Source: a virus
Lineage: Duplodnaviria; Caudoviricetes
Length of the DNA: 29,625 bases
IMG/VR virus record: IMGVR_UViG_3300048878_000309
Location: 1 to 29,625 of that record
Strand: one strand, 5' to 3'
Shown here: positions 1-9,918 of the stretch, in pieces
How positions within the stretch are numbered: position 1 is the first letter of the stretch
Layout of the letters: the number at the start of each line of letters is the position of its first letter
Translations under genes and position numbers: made by a program
Notes under the pieces: generated by a model
Database searches by the model: none
What the model was told of the DNA's origin: nothing
The model's input: the letters and a program-made list of their open reading frames with translations, nothing else

Positions 1-2
1 TC

Positions 3-434
3 AAGACCGCCGACGCAATCGACAAAATCAACGACGCCGACAAGGGCCTAGCTCCCTCTATAGAGCGTAGCGACGCCCAAAGAGAGGCACTAAGAACCGC
101 CAAGATAGGCGCCACCATCCCCATAAGCGCCCTCCCCGGCAACAAGGCGCAGCTGCAAGTCGACCTAATCCGCCTCCGTGTCACCAAGACCCTCATCGAC
201 ACCTACATAGCCCAGGTAAAGGCCCTCGAAGAACCAAAGATAAGGCCCAAACACCTCTGGTTCCCAACCGACAACCTAAACGTCTACGAGCTCCGCAACG
301 GCAACGCCCCCTCGGACAACTACCGGCCCAAGTGGCTCCGACGCCTCCGCCTGGAAATAGACATCCACACCATCCCCCACACAATCCAGGTGCTGCTGCA
401 AGAAATGGAGGCCAACGATGACCGAGAAGACTAA
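3..434 (+). CDS. Hypothetical protein, 5'-truncated by the window edge (not in the ORF track)
   Basis: Frame 3 is open from base 3 to TAA at 432-434 (KTADAIDKINDADKG...LLQEMEANDDRED*) and overlaps the start of the next gene. No terminase motifs recognised. Confidence 0.7.
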   Translation, partial: KTADAIDKINDADKGLAPSIERSDAQREALRTAKIGATIPISALPGNKAQLQVDLIRLRVTKTLIDTYIAQVKALEEPKIRPKHLWFPTDNLNVYELRNGNAPSDNYRPKWLRRLRLEIDIHTIPHTIQVLLQEMEANDDRED

Positions 435-651
435 GCCCGCCAACACCCCCGCGACCAAGTCCCAGTGGACCCACGCCCGACAGCTGATAGAGTGGGCCAG
501 GGACAACGAATGCCAGGAGATCCGAGTGGGGGACATTGAAGTGAAATTCGCTCCACGCACACGCGTATCTGGTCTGGAGCTCCTGCAACAGGCGGAGCAG
601 TCGGAGCAGGACGCAGGCGACGGCACCAACATTATGTACTACAGCTCATAG
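418..651 (+). CDS. Small hypothetical protein upstream of portal
   Basis: 77 aa ORF with GGAGG RBS upstream, co-oriented with the virion operon. Confidence 0.75.
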   Translation: MTEKTKPANTPATKSQWTHARQLIEWARDNECQEIRVGDIEVKFAPRTRVSGLELLQQAEQSEQDAGDGTNIMYYSS

Positions 652-669
652 AGCCAACGAGGACCCCCA

Positions 670-2529
670 ATGCACACCCCCCTTCGACGACGCGACCACT
701 GGTGGAACGAGAAAGGCGACGTCCACGACGCCCTGTTTGGCACCGTCAGCTATCTGGACAAGAACCAGGGGCAGGCCGCAGACATGAACCTGCACCACCT
801 CCGGCTCTATTCCAACCGGCTCGCCCAAGGCATGTCATCCCGGCGGTACTCGGTCATCGGGGACGGTGAAAAGCTCAAGCTGAACGTCATCCGATCGGTC
901 ATCGACGCAGCCACGGCCCACATCGCGACCAACAGGCCCCGGCCAGAGTTCCTGACCATCGGGGGAAACTACAAGCTCCGCAAACAAGCCGAGAACCTGT
1001 CGAAGTTCGTCCAGGGTCAGTTCTACGGGCTCGACCAGTACGCCCTCTCTCGCGACATCTTCCGAGACGCCTGTATCTTCGGCACCGGCTGCCAAAAGAT
1101 ATACACGACCCCCGACAACCGCATTGGTACCGAGCGGGTTCTGGTGTCGGAACTCATCATTGACGACCACGAAGCCCTAATGGGCAACCCGCAATCGCTC
1201 TATCAGCATAAAGAGGTCCTTCGCGAGGTCGCCATCTCGACATGGCCCAAGCACAAGGCGCAGCTGGAAGAAGCAGCCCTCGTACGAGACGACGGCCACG
1301 GCTACGACGGCGGGCAGGCCGATTTGGTCAGCTGCATCGAGGCCTGGCACCTCCCTCCGATCCCCGGAGCTCCAGGACGCCACACTATCTGCTTCAGCAA
1401 CGCGACTATCGTCGATGAAGAGTGGAACCGAGGGTTCCCCATCGTTTTCTTCCGTTGGGAACGATCACCGCTCGGCTTTTTTGGAAGCGGAGTTGCTGAA
1501 GAGCTATCCAGCATCCAGGTTGAGATCAACGTGGTCGCCCAGAAGATTCAGGAGCATTTTAACCTCTCCGCCGGGCAGCTGTGGGTCAAGAAGGGCTCCG
1601 GCATCGCAAAACAGGCCCTCAACAACGAGGCCTGGTCGGTCAACACGTTCCGCGACGCTCCCCCAACCCACCTGACCCCGCCACCCATCAATCCGATGTT
1701 CCTAACGTACCTCGACGGCCTCTACCGCCGCGCCTTCCAGCAGGTGGGGCTCAGTGAGATGATGGCCACGAGCGTCAAGCCAGCGGGCCTGAACTCCGGT
1801 GAGGCGCTGCGTACCTACAACGACATTGGCTCCAAACGGTTCCAGCACGTAGGCCTCAACTGGGAGCGGTTCCATCTCCAGGTAGCCGATCAGATCATCG
1901 AGTGCGCCCGCATGCTGACAGCCAAGGGCAAGGGGTCGCTGAAAGTCCTGGCCGAGGGCGACAAGTCGGTTGAGCAGATTGATTTCAAGGACGTCTCGAT
2001 CGAACGCAACAAATACACGATGCGCATCCAGCCCATCTCGTTCCTCAGTGGCACCGCGGCGGGTAGGATTGCAGCCCTCCGTGACCTCGCGGCCATCTCC
2101 CCGGAGATTCAGCAACACAGCCTTGAGCTGCTCGGTATTCCCGACATCGAGAACCTCCGCAGCTTGATCAATGCACCTATCACCATCGTAGACATGTACA
2201 TCAGCGGGATTCTCGAAGACGGTACCTACCGCGCTCCTGACCCGATGATGAACCTTGAGATCGCGAGGCACCGTGGTACTCTTTCGTTGCTTAGGGCAGA
2301 AACCGATGATACCCCGTTTGAGCGTGTGGAGTTACTTCGCAAGTGGCTTGTGGACATTGACGCCCTGCAAGCCGCAGCTCAGCTTCCTCCTCCTGGACAG
2401 CCTACCCCAATGGGCTTGGAAGGGGGAGCTGGGCAACCCCAGGCGCAGCAGCCGCAACAACAACAACAAGCGGGACCACCAGCCGCGTTGCCACCGGTCC
2501 TTCAACAAGAGATTGCTAATATCATATGA
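670..2529 (+). CDS. Portal protein
   Basis: 619 aa, first large gene of the head module. Portal-like segments (LNVIRSVID, RDACIFGTG, FPIVFFRW..SPLGFFGSG..E.L..IQ.EIN, NSGEAL) and a Pro/Gln-rich C-terminal tail. Confidence 0.85.
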   Translation: MHTPLRRRDHWWNEKGDVHDALFGTVSYLDKNQGQAADMNLHHLRLYSNRLAQGMSSRRYSVIGDGEKLKLNVIRSVIDAATAHIATNRPRPEFLTIGGNYKLRKQAENLSKFVQGQFYGLDQYALSRDIFRDACIFGTGCQKIYTTPDNRIGTERVLVSELIIDDHEALMGNPQSLYQHKEVLREVAISTWPKHKAQLEEAALVRDDGHGYDGGQADLVSCIEAWHLPPIPGAPGRHTICFSNATIVDEEWNRGFPIVFFRWERSPLGFFGSGVAEELSSIQVEINVVAQKIQEHFNLSAGQLWVKKGSGIAKQALNNEAWSVNTFRDAPPTHLTPPPINPMFLTYLDGLYRRAFQQVGLSEMMATSVKPAGLNSGEALRTYNDIGSKRFQHVGLNWERFHLQVADQIIECARMLTAKGKGSLKVLAEGDKSVEQIDFKDVSIERNKYTMRIQPISFLSGTAAGRIAALRDLAAISPEIQQHSLELLGIPDIENLRSLINAPITIVDMYISGILEDGTYRAPDPMMNLEIARHRGTLSLLRAETDDTPFERVELLRKWLVDIDALQAAAQLPPPGQPTPMGLEGGAGQPQAQQPQQQQQAGPPAALPPVLQQEIANII

Positions 2530-3401
2530 GCGTAGACGAGCTACTCACCGACGCCACCGCGACCCCGGAGTCGACACCAGAAACAGAGGCTGCGGCCACT
2601 CCGGCGCCACTCGAAGTGGCGCCCACAACACCACCCCCAGAGACGGTTGAAGACCGCTCCTGGGCCGCTATTAAGAGTAATGAGAAGAGGTTAATCAGCG
2701 AACGAGCGCAGTTCAAAGCAGAGCGCAAGTCCGCGGAGGGTTCCCAGCAAGAGCTCGCGGCAGCGCAGGCACGGGTACAGGAGCTCGAAGGCGGGCTCCG
2801 CGAGGACCCCCTGGCATTCCTCGAACGCTCTGGCGTGAAATTCGAAGACCTCGCCAACCGGGTACTCAACGACGGCAAGGCCACCCCGGAAGAGCTCATT
2901 CGCAAACAGCAAGCGACCAGCTCCACCGAGCTCACAGCTATGCGTGAAGAGATACGTTCCCTCCGCGAAGCTGCCGACCAGCGGGACAATGAGCGGCTCA
3001 TCTCCACCTACCAGGCGGAGCTGTCGGAGACGTTGAAGGGTAGCGAGTTTGAGCTGCTCCGTGCGTACCCGGATGCGGAGGGCATGGTATTCAACGCTGC
3101 ATCGGCCTATGCATCTGAGCATAATTCCGTGTTGCAGCCCGCGGATGCGGCTCGTAGGATCCAAGAAGGTATCAAAGAGCAGCTTAAAACGCTCTCTTCG
3201 AACCAGGCGGTTAGAACCCTGTTAGGACTGAGCGAAGCAGTAGCAGACCCAGCGACCGAAACGACCGATGAGCCAGCGGATGAGACACCAACGACGCTTA
3301 CTAATGCGCTCGCAGCAACACCTGCTGCCGACATGACCGACAGAACCGGCATGTCCCGGCACCAGCGTTTAATGCATGCAGCGCGTCTCATACCCGACTA
3401 G
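2526..3401 (+). CDS. Capsid scaffolding protein (putative)
   Basis: Acidic, Thr/Pro-rich ends, coiled-coil centre, basic C-terminal helix. Lies between portal and capsid with an ATGA overlap. Confidence 0.75.
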   Translation: MSVDELLTDATATPESTPETEAAATPAPLEVAPTTPPPETVEDRSWAAIKSNEKRLISERAQFKAERKSAEGSQQELAAAQARVQELEGGLREDPLAFLERSGVKFEDLANRVLNDGKATPEELIRKQQATSSTELTAMREEIRSLREAADQRDNERLISTYQAELSETLKGSEFELLRAYPDAEGMVFNAASAYASEHNSVLQPADAARRIQEGIKEQLKTLSSNQAVRTLLGLSEAVADPATETTDEPADETPTTLTNALAATPAADMTDRTGMSRHQRLMHAARLIPD

Positions 3402-3407
3402 GCCTGA

Positions 3408-3439
3408 TGGCCCGGTCACTGGAGATGACTCATGGGCCA
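3408..3439 (+). promoter_or_regulatory. Hairpin carrying the capsid RBS in its loop and the start codon in a bulge
   Basis: TGGCCC(3408-13) pairs with GGGCCA(3434-39) and GGTCA(3414-18) with TGACT(3426-30). Loop CTGGAGA contains the GGAG RBS. Confidence 0.4.
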
Positions 3440-4727
3440 GACTACCATTTCGAACTTCGACAAGGCGCTCAAGGACCTGTACGACGATTCCAACGTCGCG
3501 GAACTGACGCTCAAACGGCGTGTGCTTTTTGCCATGCTCCCCAAGCGCAGTGACTTCGGTGGTCGCATGATGCCGATTGTCACCGTCACCGCAGATGGTG
3601 GTGGACGGGCAGCGACCTTCACGGACGCGCAGTCAAACATCACCGAACCCGGCGTTAACGCTTTCGAGCTGAAACGAGTTAACAACTACGCCTTGGCCAG
3701 AATGACTGGTGAGGCCGTGGAAGCAACCATCCGCGACAAGTACGCGTTCCTTGGAGCAATGGAGCAGTCAGTAAACGGGGCAATGAACGCCCTGTCGAAC
3801 TCCATCGAGACTCAGCTTTTCCGCACCGGGACCGGGTCAATCGCAACCATCGGTAGCATCAACCCCACCGTTGGCGGCGTCGCTCTCGGCAATGACGTTG
3901 CGGTTCTTGGGGAGGAAGAGGACATCGTCAATTTCGAGGTCGGCATGGTTGTGCAGGTTGCGGCAACTGATGGTGGCACTCTCCGAACCGGCAACACCGG
4001 GAAGGTTACGATTGACGCTGTCGACCGTAGCAATGGGCGCATCACAGGGGCCGTGGACTGGGCAGGCAGTGGAACCATTGTCGCAGCTGCCGGTGACTTC
4101 ATCTCCCAGGTGGGAGACGGTCAGAACAACGCAACCACCGCGAAATGCATCTCCGGTCTGTCGGCATGGCTGCCAGAGACTGCAACGTCTACCGCGTTCT
4201 TCGGCGTAGACCGCTCGATCGACACTCGGTTGGCGGGCCAATATCATAACGGGGCCTCACAGGACATCGACGACGCCTTGCTTTTCGCCGCCTCAAAGGC
4301 AGCCCGAATGGGTGGCGCACCGACGGTTTGCGTCATGAATCATGTGCAGTACCGACGCCTCCAGGAGCGGAAGTCCGGCCAGGTAGGCATGGGTGGGATG
4401 AAGCAGTATTCCGAGGTCAACGCGCAGTCGACCAAGGGTACCATCGCCAACATCGGGTTCCGTGCCATCGCGGTGCAGGGTGACAACGGCGTGGTTGACG
4501 TCGTCTCCTCCAACAAGTGCCAGGCGGAGCTGGCGTGGATGCTTGAGCTCGACACCTGGTGTCTGGCCACCCTTGAGGAGCCGGTCAAGTTTCTCGACAC
4601 GGACAACCAAGGCAAGTACCTCAGGGTAGCGGATGACGATGCGGTGGAGACTCGGTTGGTAAGCCGGGGTAACCTCTACACCTCATCGCCGGGGTACAAC
4701 GTGCGGATTCGGCTTCCGATTGTCTAA
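3432..4727 (+). CDS. Major capsid protein
   Basis: 431 aa after the scaffold. N-terminal FDKALKDLY, central beta-rich insertion, C-terminal DDDAVETRLVSRGNL typical of HK97-fold capsid proteins of this gene order. Confidence 0.85.
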   Translation: MGQTTISNFDKALKDLYDDSNVAELTLKRRVLFAMLPKRSDFGGRMMPIVTVTADGGGRAATFTDAQSNITEPGVNAFELKRVNNYALARMTGEAVEATIRDKYAFLGAMEQSVNGAMNALSNSIETQLFRTGTGSIATIGSINPTVGGVALGNDVAVLGEEEDIVNFEVGMVVQVAATDGGTLRTGNTGKVTIDAVDRSNGRITGAVDWAGSGTIVAAAGDFISQVGDGQNNATTAKCISGLSAWLPETATSTAFFGVDRSIDTRLAGQYHNGASQDIDDALLFAASKAARMGGAPTVCVMNHVQYRRLQERKSGQVGMGGMKQYSEVNAQSTKGTIANIGFRAIAVQGDNGVVDVVSSNKCQAELAWMLELDTWCLATLEEPVKFLDTDNQGKYLRVADDDAVETRLVSRGNLYTSSPGYNVRIRLPIV

Positions 4728-4739
4728 TAACTAGGAGAA

Positions 4740-4818
4740 GGACCCGGTCATGGCTAACACTGTGTCGCTAACAGTTTTGCAGGCCCGCGCATTAGATTAC
4801 GCGGACATGACCGGGTCC
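4740..4818 (+). promoter_or_regulatory. Perfect 13-bp inverted repeat covering the adaptor start codon
   Basis: GGACCCGGTCATG (4740-4752) is the exact reverse complement of CATGACCGGGTCC (4806-4818). Confidence 0.55.
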
Positions 4819-5439
4819 GGCTTCCCCGACACTACTCGGCTCACGGACTATATCAATTCGTCCGCGACCGAGCTCTATGATCTTCTGGTCAACGCATTCT
4901 CTGATTACTTCCTAGAGACTGACACATTTTCAGTGAGTGCGAACACGGAAGATTATGACCTTCCCGCCGACTTCTACAAGTCGAAAAAGGTTTTCTGGGT
5001 GAGCGGCGGCAGACGTTATCCCATTAAGGCTTTCCAGCTTGCAGAAGTCGACGGCTTAAACATAGGCCCTCTCATATCTGGTACGATTGAGATGTGGTAC
5101 GTCCCGCAGATGGCGTTGCTATCGGCAGGGGCGGACACAATAGGCAGCGTAATTCCTCCCATCACACCAGGGTGGGAGGATTACATTGCTCTTGGGGCTG
5201 CAATCCGGTTGTTGAATCGTGAGGAATCAGACTCCTCAGCCCTCTCACGAGAGAAGGCCTCAATCGGTGACAGAATAATGGCCCTGGCAGAACCCAGGGA
5301 TAGCGATGAGCCATCGAGGGTTCAAGATGTGAAGCACAGGTTCTCACGGAGACAACTCCTGGACCCTGACGCAGGCGCGGTGCGCTACCGGATACTTGGC
5401 TCTAAGATAAAGTTTATACAGTACGACCAGGGGGCCTGA
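4750..5439 (+). CDS. Head-tail adaptor / tail tubular protein A-like
   Basis: 229 aa directly after the capsid gene. LTDYINSS..ELYDLL and YDLPADF motifs typical of podoviral adaptors. Confidence 0.7.
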   Translation: MANTVSLTVLQARALDYADMTGSGFPDTTRLTDYINSSATELYDLLVNAFSDYFLETDTFSVSANTEDYDLPADFYKSKKVFWVSGGRRYPIKAFQLAEVDGLNIGPLISGTIEMWYVPQMALLSAGADTIGSVIPPITPGWEDYIALGAAIRLLNREESDSSALSREKASIGDRIMALAEPRDSDEPSRVQDVKHRFSRRQLLDPDAGAVRYRILGSKIKFIQYDQGA

Positions 5440-5440
5440 G

Positions 5441-5752
5441 ATGGGCCTCATCCCTTTTCTCCTTGAGGTGTTTGACAGCCCAGAGGTAGAAAAAGTTCAG
5501 CGGAACATCGAGCCTCTCGCGAGGCAGATTAACGCCCTGCCTTTCGCCGATGGTGTCCACCTGACAAAACAAACGATCTCAGGCTCCACGGAGATCCTGC
5601 ACGGGCTCGACCGCCCGATTGTTGGTTGGATGATTATCCGCAAGCGGGGCAACGCGGTGGTCTACGACGAGCAGGACGGGAACAACTCCCCAGGCCGCAG
5701 CCTAAAACTTAACAGCTCGGCGGATGTCGAGATTGACTTGTGGGTGTTCTAA
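5441..5752 (+). CDS. Small virion-associated protein
   Basis: 103 aa, tightly packed in the operon, with an ILHGLDRP.VGW beta-rich motif. Confidence 0.65.
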   Translation: MGLIPFLLEVFDSPEVEKVQRNIEPLARQINALPFADGVHLTKQTISGSTEILHGLDRPIVGWMIIRKRGNAVVYDEQDGNNSPGRSLKLNSSADVEIDLWVF

Positions 5753-8700
5753 ATGGTGCTAGAGAAATCCATAATCTCCATCCCCTACGCAGGCGGGCTC
5801 AACGAGAAGAAGGCCGAGAAACACCTGGAGCTCTCAAAGCTCGAAACATGCGACAACGGGGTTTTTGAAAAGAGCGGCGAGATCCGCAAGCGCAATGGGT
5901 TCACCCGGCTGGTCAACACTCTGGCATCTGGCACAATCTCCGGGGCCAAGGCCTGCTCCAGCTTCAAAGACGAGCGCCTTATTTTCGACGGGAACGAGGC
6001 CTATAGCCGTTCCAACAGCGGCACCTGGGTGTCAAAGGGCCGCGTCACCGGCTGCATCTACAAAGACGAAGACATTGTCCACGACGCAGGCATCACAGCC
6101 ACCCCAACCCAGATAGCGGAAGCGAACGGCTACCGGGTAGAAGCCTGGGCAGAGTCCGACCCGGAAGAGTCGACAACTCAGCTCAGCTGGCGTGTCTACG
6201 CCCGCGTGGTGGACACGGTTACAGGCGCAACTGTGGTTGAGCGAACGTGGCTCGACAAGCACACGTTAACGATGGCGGTGGCGATAGCCCACGCGGAGAA
6301 CGACGAGTCGGGGTACCTCAACCCCCAGGTGCAGGCGGTAGCAATAAACGGCTACATCTACATCCTGTTCTCTGAGTGCCGCCCCACAACCCCAAGCTTC
6401 ATCACCACAGCCTACGCCAGTAACATTGCAGGCGTGCAAGTCACCGCAGTGAACCACGGGTTCATCGAGGGAGACTCCGTACTCATCGCAGGAACCGGCG
6501 GCGTCTACGACGGCACGCACACTGTGATCGAGGCGACCCCGCATACGTTCGCTCTGGACGGGGAATCGTACACATCGAACCCCGCCAACGGGACTGCGAC
6601 GTTCACCACGACGGCTTGTAAGGTCTACGCGTCAGTGGTCAACACCAACACGGGCGTGACTTCAGTTCTTACGCCTACGCAGCCCTCCTCTCCTCCAGCA
6701 TTCTACGTCCACGGCATCTACCCGGTGTTCAGCGTGGTGAAGGTGGCGCACACAAGCCTGGCCGATGGTGCCGGGGTGTTTAAACTCCCACCGAACTACT
6801 CCTCTGGAACGTACCCTGGCCTCTACCGGCTGGATATGTACAAGGAGGACAGCGGCGACTTTGTCGAGCACAAGGGGTCAAACACCTACCTTGGTGAATA
6901 CGGGAAGCTGACCAACGTGTCAGAGCTCCCGTATTTCCAGGCGAGGGAGGCCGGCTCTTCATATAACGCCAACTACCGGACGCTCTCCCACGTTGCGCTA
7001 ACCTCACTTGATAGTAGCAACCGTATTCTGGCGATGTTCACAGTCCGCACCGCTGGTACCGGCGTACCGAAAACGATGGCTGTCGTGTGCTATCTAGGAC
7101 CCTCAACGGTGGTGATGCTGGGCGCGACCCTCATTATGGACGGTCAGGTGCTGGTTTCCGGCTCCGCTATTTTCGATTCCGGCTCCATCGCCAAGTGCGT
7201 TGCGACGACCCAGGAAGACACGCTCGCAGCCTTGGTTCAGATACCGACCGCGTCCACGATCAACTACGAGGACCTCCAGGCCTCAGACCACCCGGTTTCC
7301 TCGTTCGATGTGAACATCAGCAGCGGGGCAGTGACGGCTGTGACCCGCATCAAGTGGAACTCGACGGTCACCACGGACCTGTGGAAGCAGAACGACAAGT
7401 ACTATTTCGGTGTCTCCACGGCGATGACCCCCATCCAGGAGATAAACTTCGGGAGCTCGCAGAACCTGGTCTGTGACACTGAGGGGAACGTAGTGGCCGC
7501 GGTGGCAACAGGCACAGGTGGCAGCTGCGTTGCGACAGACTGGGGGCAGCTCGCGCTCTTCGGGAGGGTCCTGTTCACCAGCTGCCAGCGGGTCATCCAG
7601 TCGGGCAACAAGGTGACCTTCGGCACCTCTCGCTACACAGGCATCGCGGTGTCGGAGCGTACGAGCAGCGCCACCTTCTCAGTTAAACGGAACAGCCCCA
7701 TCTTCAACCCGGCTGTCTCAAGCATCGACTTCGCGCCCACAAGGTACCTGCCCAGCGTAGAAGCGGGCGGCTCTCTCCTGATGGCCGGGGGACTGTTGTG
7801 GGAGTACTCTGGCGACGCGGTGCGGGAGTCGGGGTTCCTGCTCTATCCCCAGATTTCGGCGATAGCGCATGCTCCGTTATCCGGCGGAATGAATGCCGGC
7901 ACCTACCGCTACCGAGTCATCTACGAATGGACCGACCGGTCAGGAGCGGTGACGCGGTCCTACCCGAGCGACCATATTCAGTACTTGTTGACGCCAACAA
8001 CCGGCATTAAGATCACAGTCACGGCCTACACCTCGCAGTGGACGCAGAAGAGGGCGGCAAACAACCTCGCGAACCCACGGATGGTGCTCTATCGAACGAC
8101 TGGCGAAGGTGGCGCACCGGGGAGTCTCTACCACCGGGTGGCCTCCACAGAGGTGGACCCGGACGACACGACAGTAGCGTTTGTTGACGACATGAAAGAC
8201 GTCGACCTCGAACGAAACGAGCAGATATATTCGAGCGGTGAGATCGGCGGTGAGTACGGAAACCTCTGCCCACCGGGCCAGACAGACATTGCAGTCCACC
8301 GGGACCGGGTGTTTCTCGCGGCGGTTGACGGCTCGGTTTGGTATTCAAAGAAGTTTAAGGTGCGGTCGAGCGTAGGGTTCTCTGAGAACCAGGTAAAGGC
8401 CATCGAGAACTACACGGGAGAGATCACAGCGCTGGCTTCGAACCGCGAAACTCTGGTGGTCTTCACCAAAGAGCATGGCTACTACATCAGCGGGGACGGC
8501 CCAAACGGCGCTGGCCAGGGTGTCGATTTCACCACCCCGACCTTGTTTGCCAGGAATCAGGGAGCTCCACAGGGTGCGGCGCGACTGTCGACTGTGATGG
8601 GCGTAATCTACCACGCTTCACGGGGCATCTACCTTGTGAATCAAAAGCTGGAGGTTCAATACATAGGGGCCGAGGTAGAAGACACCATCGCCGCGGCGTC

Positions 8701-9334
8701 GCCCATCACCATCGTACAGAACGACTCCAGGAATGAGCTGTACTTTGTTCTGTCGGCACGGAGCGGGGTGAACTCGGAGGTGCTGTGCTTCAACTACTAC
8801 TATAGCCAATGGTCGCGGTGGGAGCTCGATGATAACTTCACCGACCTGGCTGGCGGCATGCTCTATGACGACCGGCTACACCTTGCGCACACGGACGGGT
8901 ATATGTCGGAGCAGGCGGATGGGGTGTTTCTTGATACCTGGGCCGCCGCCGCTGTGATCTCAATGAAGCTGCGAACCCCGTGGTTGAAACCGGCGATGTT
9001 TTTGCAGATGTCACGGTTCTGGCGGCTGCTCCTGAGTGGGAGCTATCGAGCGCCGCACATTCTGACAGTGGTGGTCGAGTCGGACTATGACCCCAGCCTC
9101 ACAGAGACGAAGACAATCGCGGTGAACCCGGCGAACGGGAACACGGACCCCTACCGGTTCCGCCTGCACATCAAGAACCAGAAGGCCCGAGCTCTCAGGT
9201 TTCAGATTTCGGACGCAGGGGCTGGCGGCAGCTACGAGGGTTATTCGATTGACGGGTTTGCCCTGGAGCTTGGAACGCGCAAGGGTACATTCAAAGGCCG
9301 CATGGGCGACAGCCGAACGATAGGAGCGATTTAA
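5753..9334 (+). CDS. Tail nozzle / tubular protein B-like, with inserted domains
   Basis: 1193 aa. N-terminal GGLN...CDNGVF...GEIRKRNG, propeller-like repeats, C-terminal YNY..QWSRW and LRTPW motifs. Position after the adaptor. Confidence 0.75.
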   Translation: MVLEKSIISIPYAGGLNEKKAEKHLELSKLETCDNGVFEKSGEIRKRNGFTRLVNTLASGTISGAKACSSFKDERLIFDGNEAYSRSNSGTWVSKGRVTGCIYKDEDIVHDAGITATPTQIAEANGYRVEAWAESDPEESTTQLSWRVYARVVDTVTGATVVERTWLDKHTLTMAVAIAHAENDESGYLNPQVQAVAINGYIYILFSECRPTTPSFITTAYASNIAGVQVTAVNHGFIEGDSVLIAGTGGVYDGTHTVIEATPHTFALDGESYTSNPANGTATFTTTACKVYASVVNTNTGVTSVLTPTQPSSPPAFYVHGIYPVFSVVKVAHTSLADGAGVFKLPPNYSSGTYPGLYRLDMYKEDSGDFVEHKGSNTYLGEYGKLTNVSELPYFQAREAGSSYNANYRTLSHVALTSLDSSNRILAMFTVRTAGTGVPKTMAVVCYLGPSTVVMLGATLIMDGQVLVSGSAIFDSGSIAKCVATTQEDTLAALVQIPTASTINYEDLQASDHPVSSFDVNISSGAVTAVTRIKWNSTVTTDLWKQNDKYYFGVSTAMTPIQEINFGSSQNLVCDTEGNVVAAVATGTGGSCVATDWGQLALFGRVLFTSCQRVIQSGNKVTFGTSRYTGIAVSERTSSATFSVKRNSPIFNPAVSSIDFAPTRYLPSVEAGGSLLMAGGLLWEYSGDAVRESGFLLYPQISAIAHAPLSGGMNAGTYRYRVIYEWTDRSGAVTRSYPSDHIQYLLTPTTGIKITVTAYTSQWTQKRAANNLANPRMVLYRTTGEGGAPGSLYHRVASTEVDPDDTTVAFVDDMKDVDLERNEQIYSSGEIGGEYGNLCPPGQTDIAVHRDRVFLAAVDGSVWYSKKFKVRSSVGFSENQVKAIENYTGEITALASNRETLVVFTKEHGYYISGDGPNGAGQGVDFTTPTLFARNQGAPQGAARLSTVMGVIYHASRGIYLVNQKLEVQYIGAEVEDTIAAASPITIVQNDSRNELYFVLSARSGVNSEVLCFNYYYSQWSRWELDDNFTDLAGGMLYDDRLHLAHTDGYMSEQADGVFLDTWAAAAVISMKLRTPWLKPAMFLQMSRFWRLLLSGSYRAPHILTVVVESDYDPSLTETKTIAVNPANGNTDPYRFRLHIKNQKARALRFQISDAGAGGSYEGYSIDGFALELGTRKGTFKGRMGDSRTIGAI

Positions 9335-9918
9335 TGGAAGCAGCTGACAAGCAGAAGATGGCGGACATCTTTGACCCCTTGGGGCTCCTGGGGATGTATT
9401 TCGACGAGCCGATGGACTGGCAGGAAGAGGGCTACGTCAGCCCGGAGCAGGAGAGGCTTGAGGCGCAGTTGGCGGCGCTCCAGGACACCGAAAGGGCCAA
9501 TGCGGAACAACTCCAGCTGCGTCATGCCCTCCAGGCGCAGGTGGGGTCTGTGCCAGCTGCACAGGATGCCAGAGAGGCTTCCCGCATCCTCGCGGCGCTG
9601 GTGCCGGGACAGGGCGAGGCTCTCGAACGCGGGACGTCTGCAATGTCCGGCAGGGAGCAGGCCGCCAGAAACGCAATCGCACGGGTCCTCTGGGACCAGA
9701 AACGCATGGCTACCGCAGAGGCCTCTGGGCGAGCTGCCAGAATCCGCGGGGCCAAAACATACGACCGGAACTTCCAGGCCGATAACTTAGCCAAGGCGAT
9801 TCAGTCCGGCGCAGTGATGGGGACAACCTTGGCGGATGCTTTCGGGAACCGGCAACCGATGACAGGCCTCCCGCAGGATTCGCAGGAAACCTACACCGAG
9901 GATATGTACAATGGCTGA
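9334..9918 (+). CDS. Putative internal virion / DNA ejection protein
   Basis: 194 aa Ala/Gln-rich helical protein after the nozzle, with GGAG RBS and TAATG overlap. Confidence 0.55.
   Translation: MEAADKQKMADIFDPLGLLGMYFDEPMDWQEEGYVSPEQERLEAQLAALQDTERANAEQLQLRHALQAQVGSVPAAQDAREASRILAALVPGQGEALERGTSAMSGREQAARNAIARVLWDQKRMATAEASGRAARIRGAKTYDRNFQADNLAKAIQSGAVMGTTLADAFGNRQPMTGLPQDSQETYTEDMYNG

Noticed and set aside
2440-2470. CAA/CAG poly-Gln run in the portal tail
   Set aside because: Low-complexity C-terminal tails are common in portals; nothing suggests a separate function.
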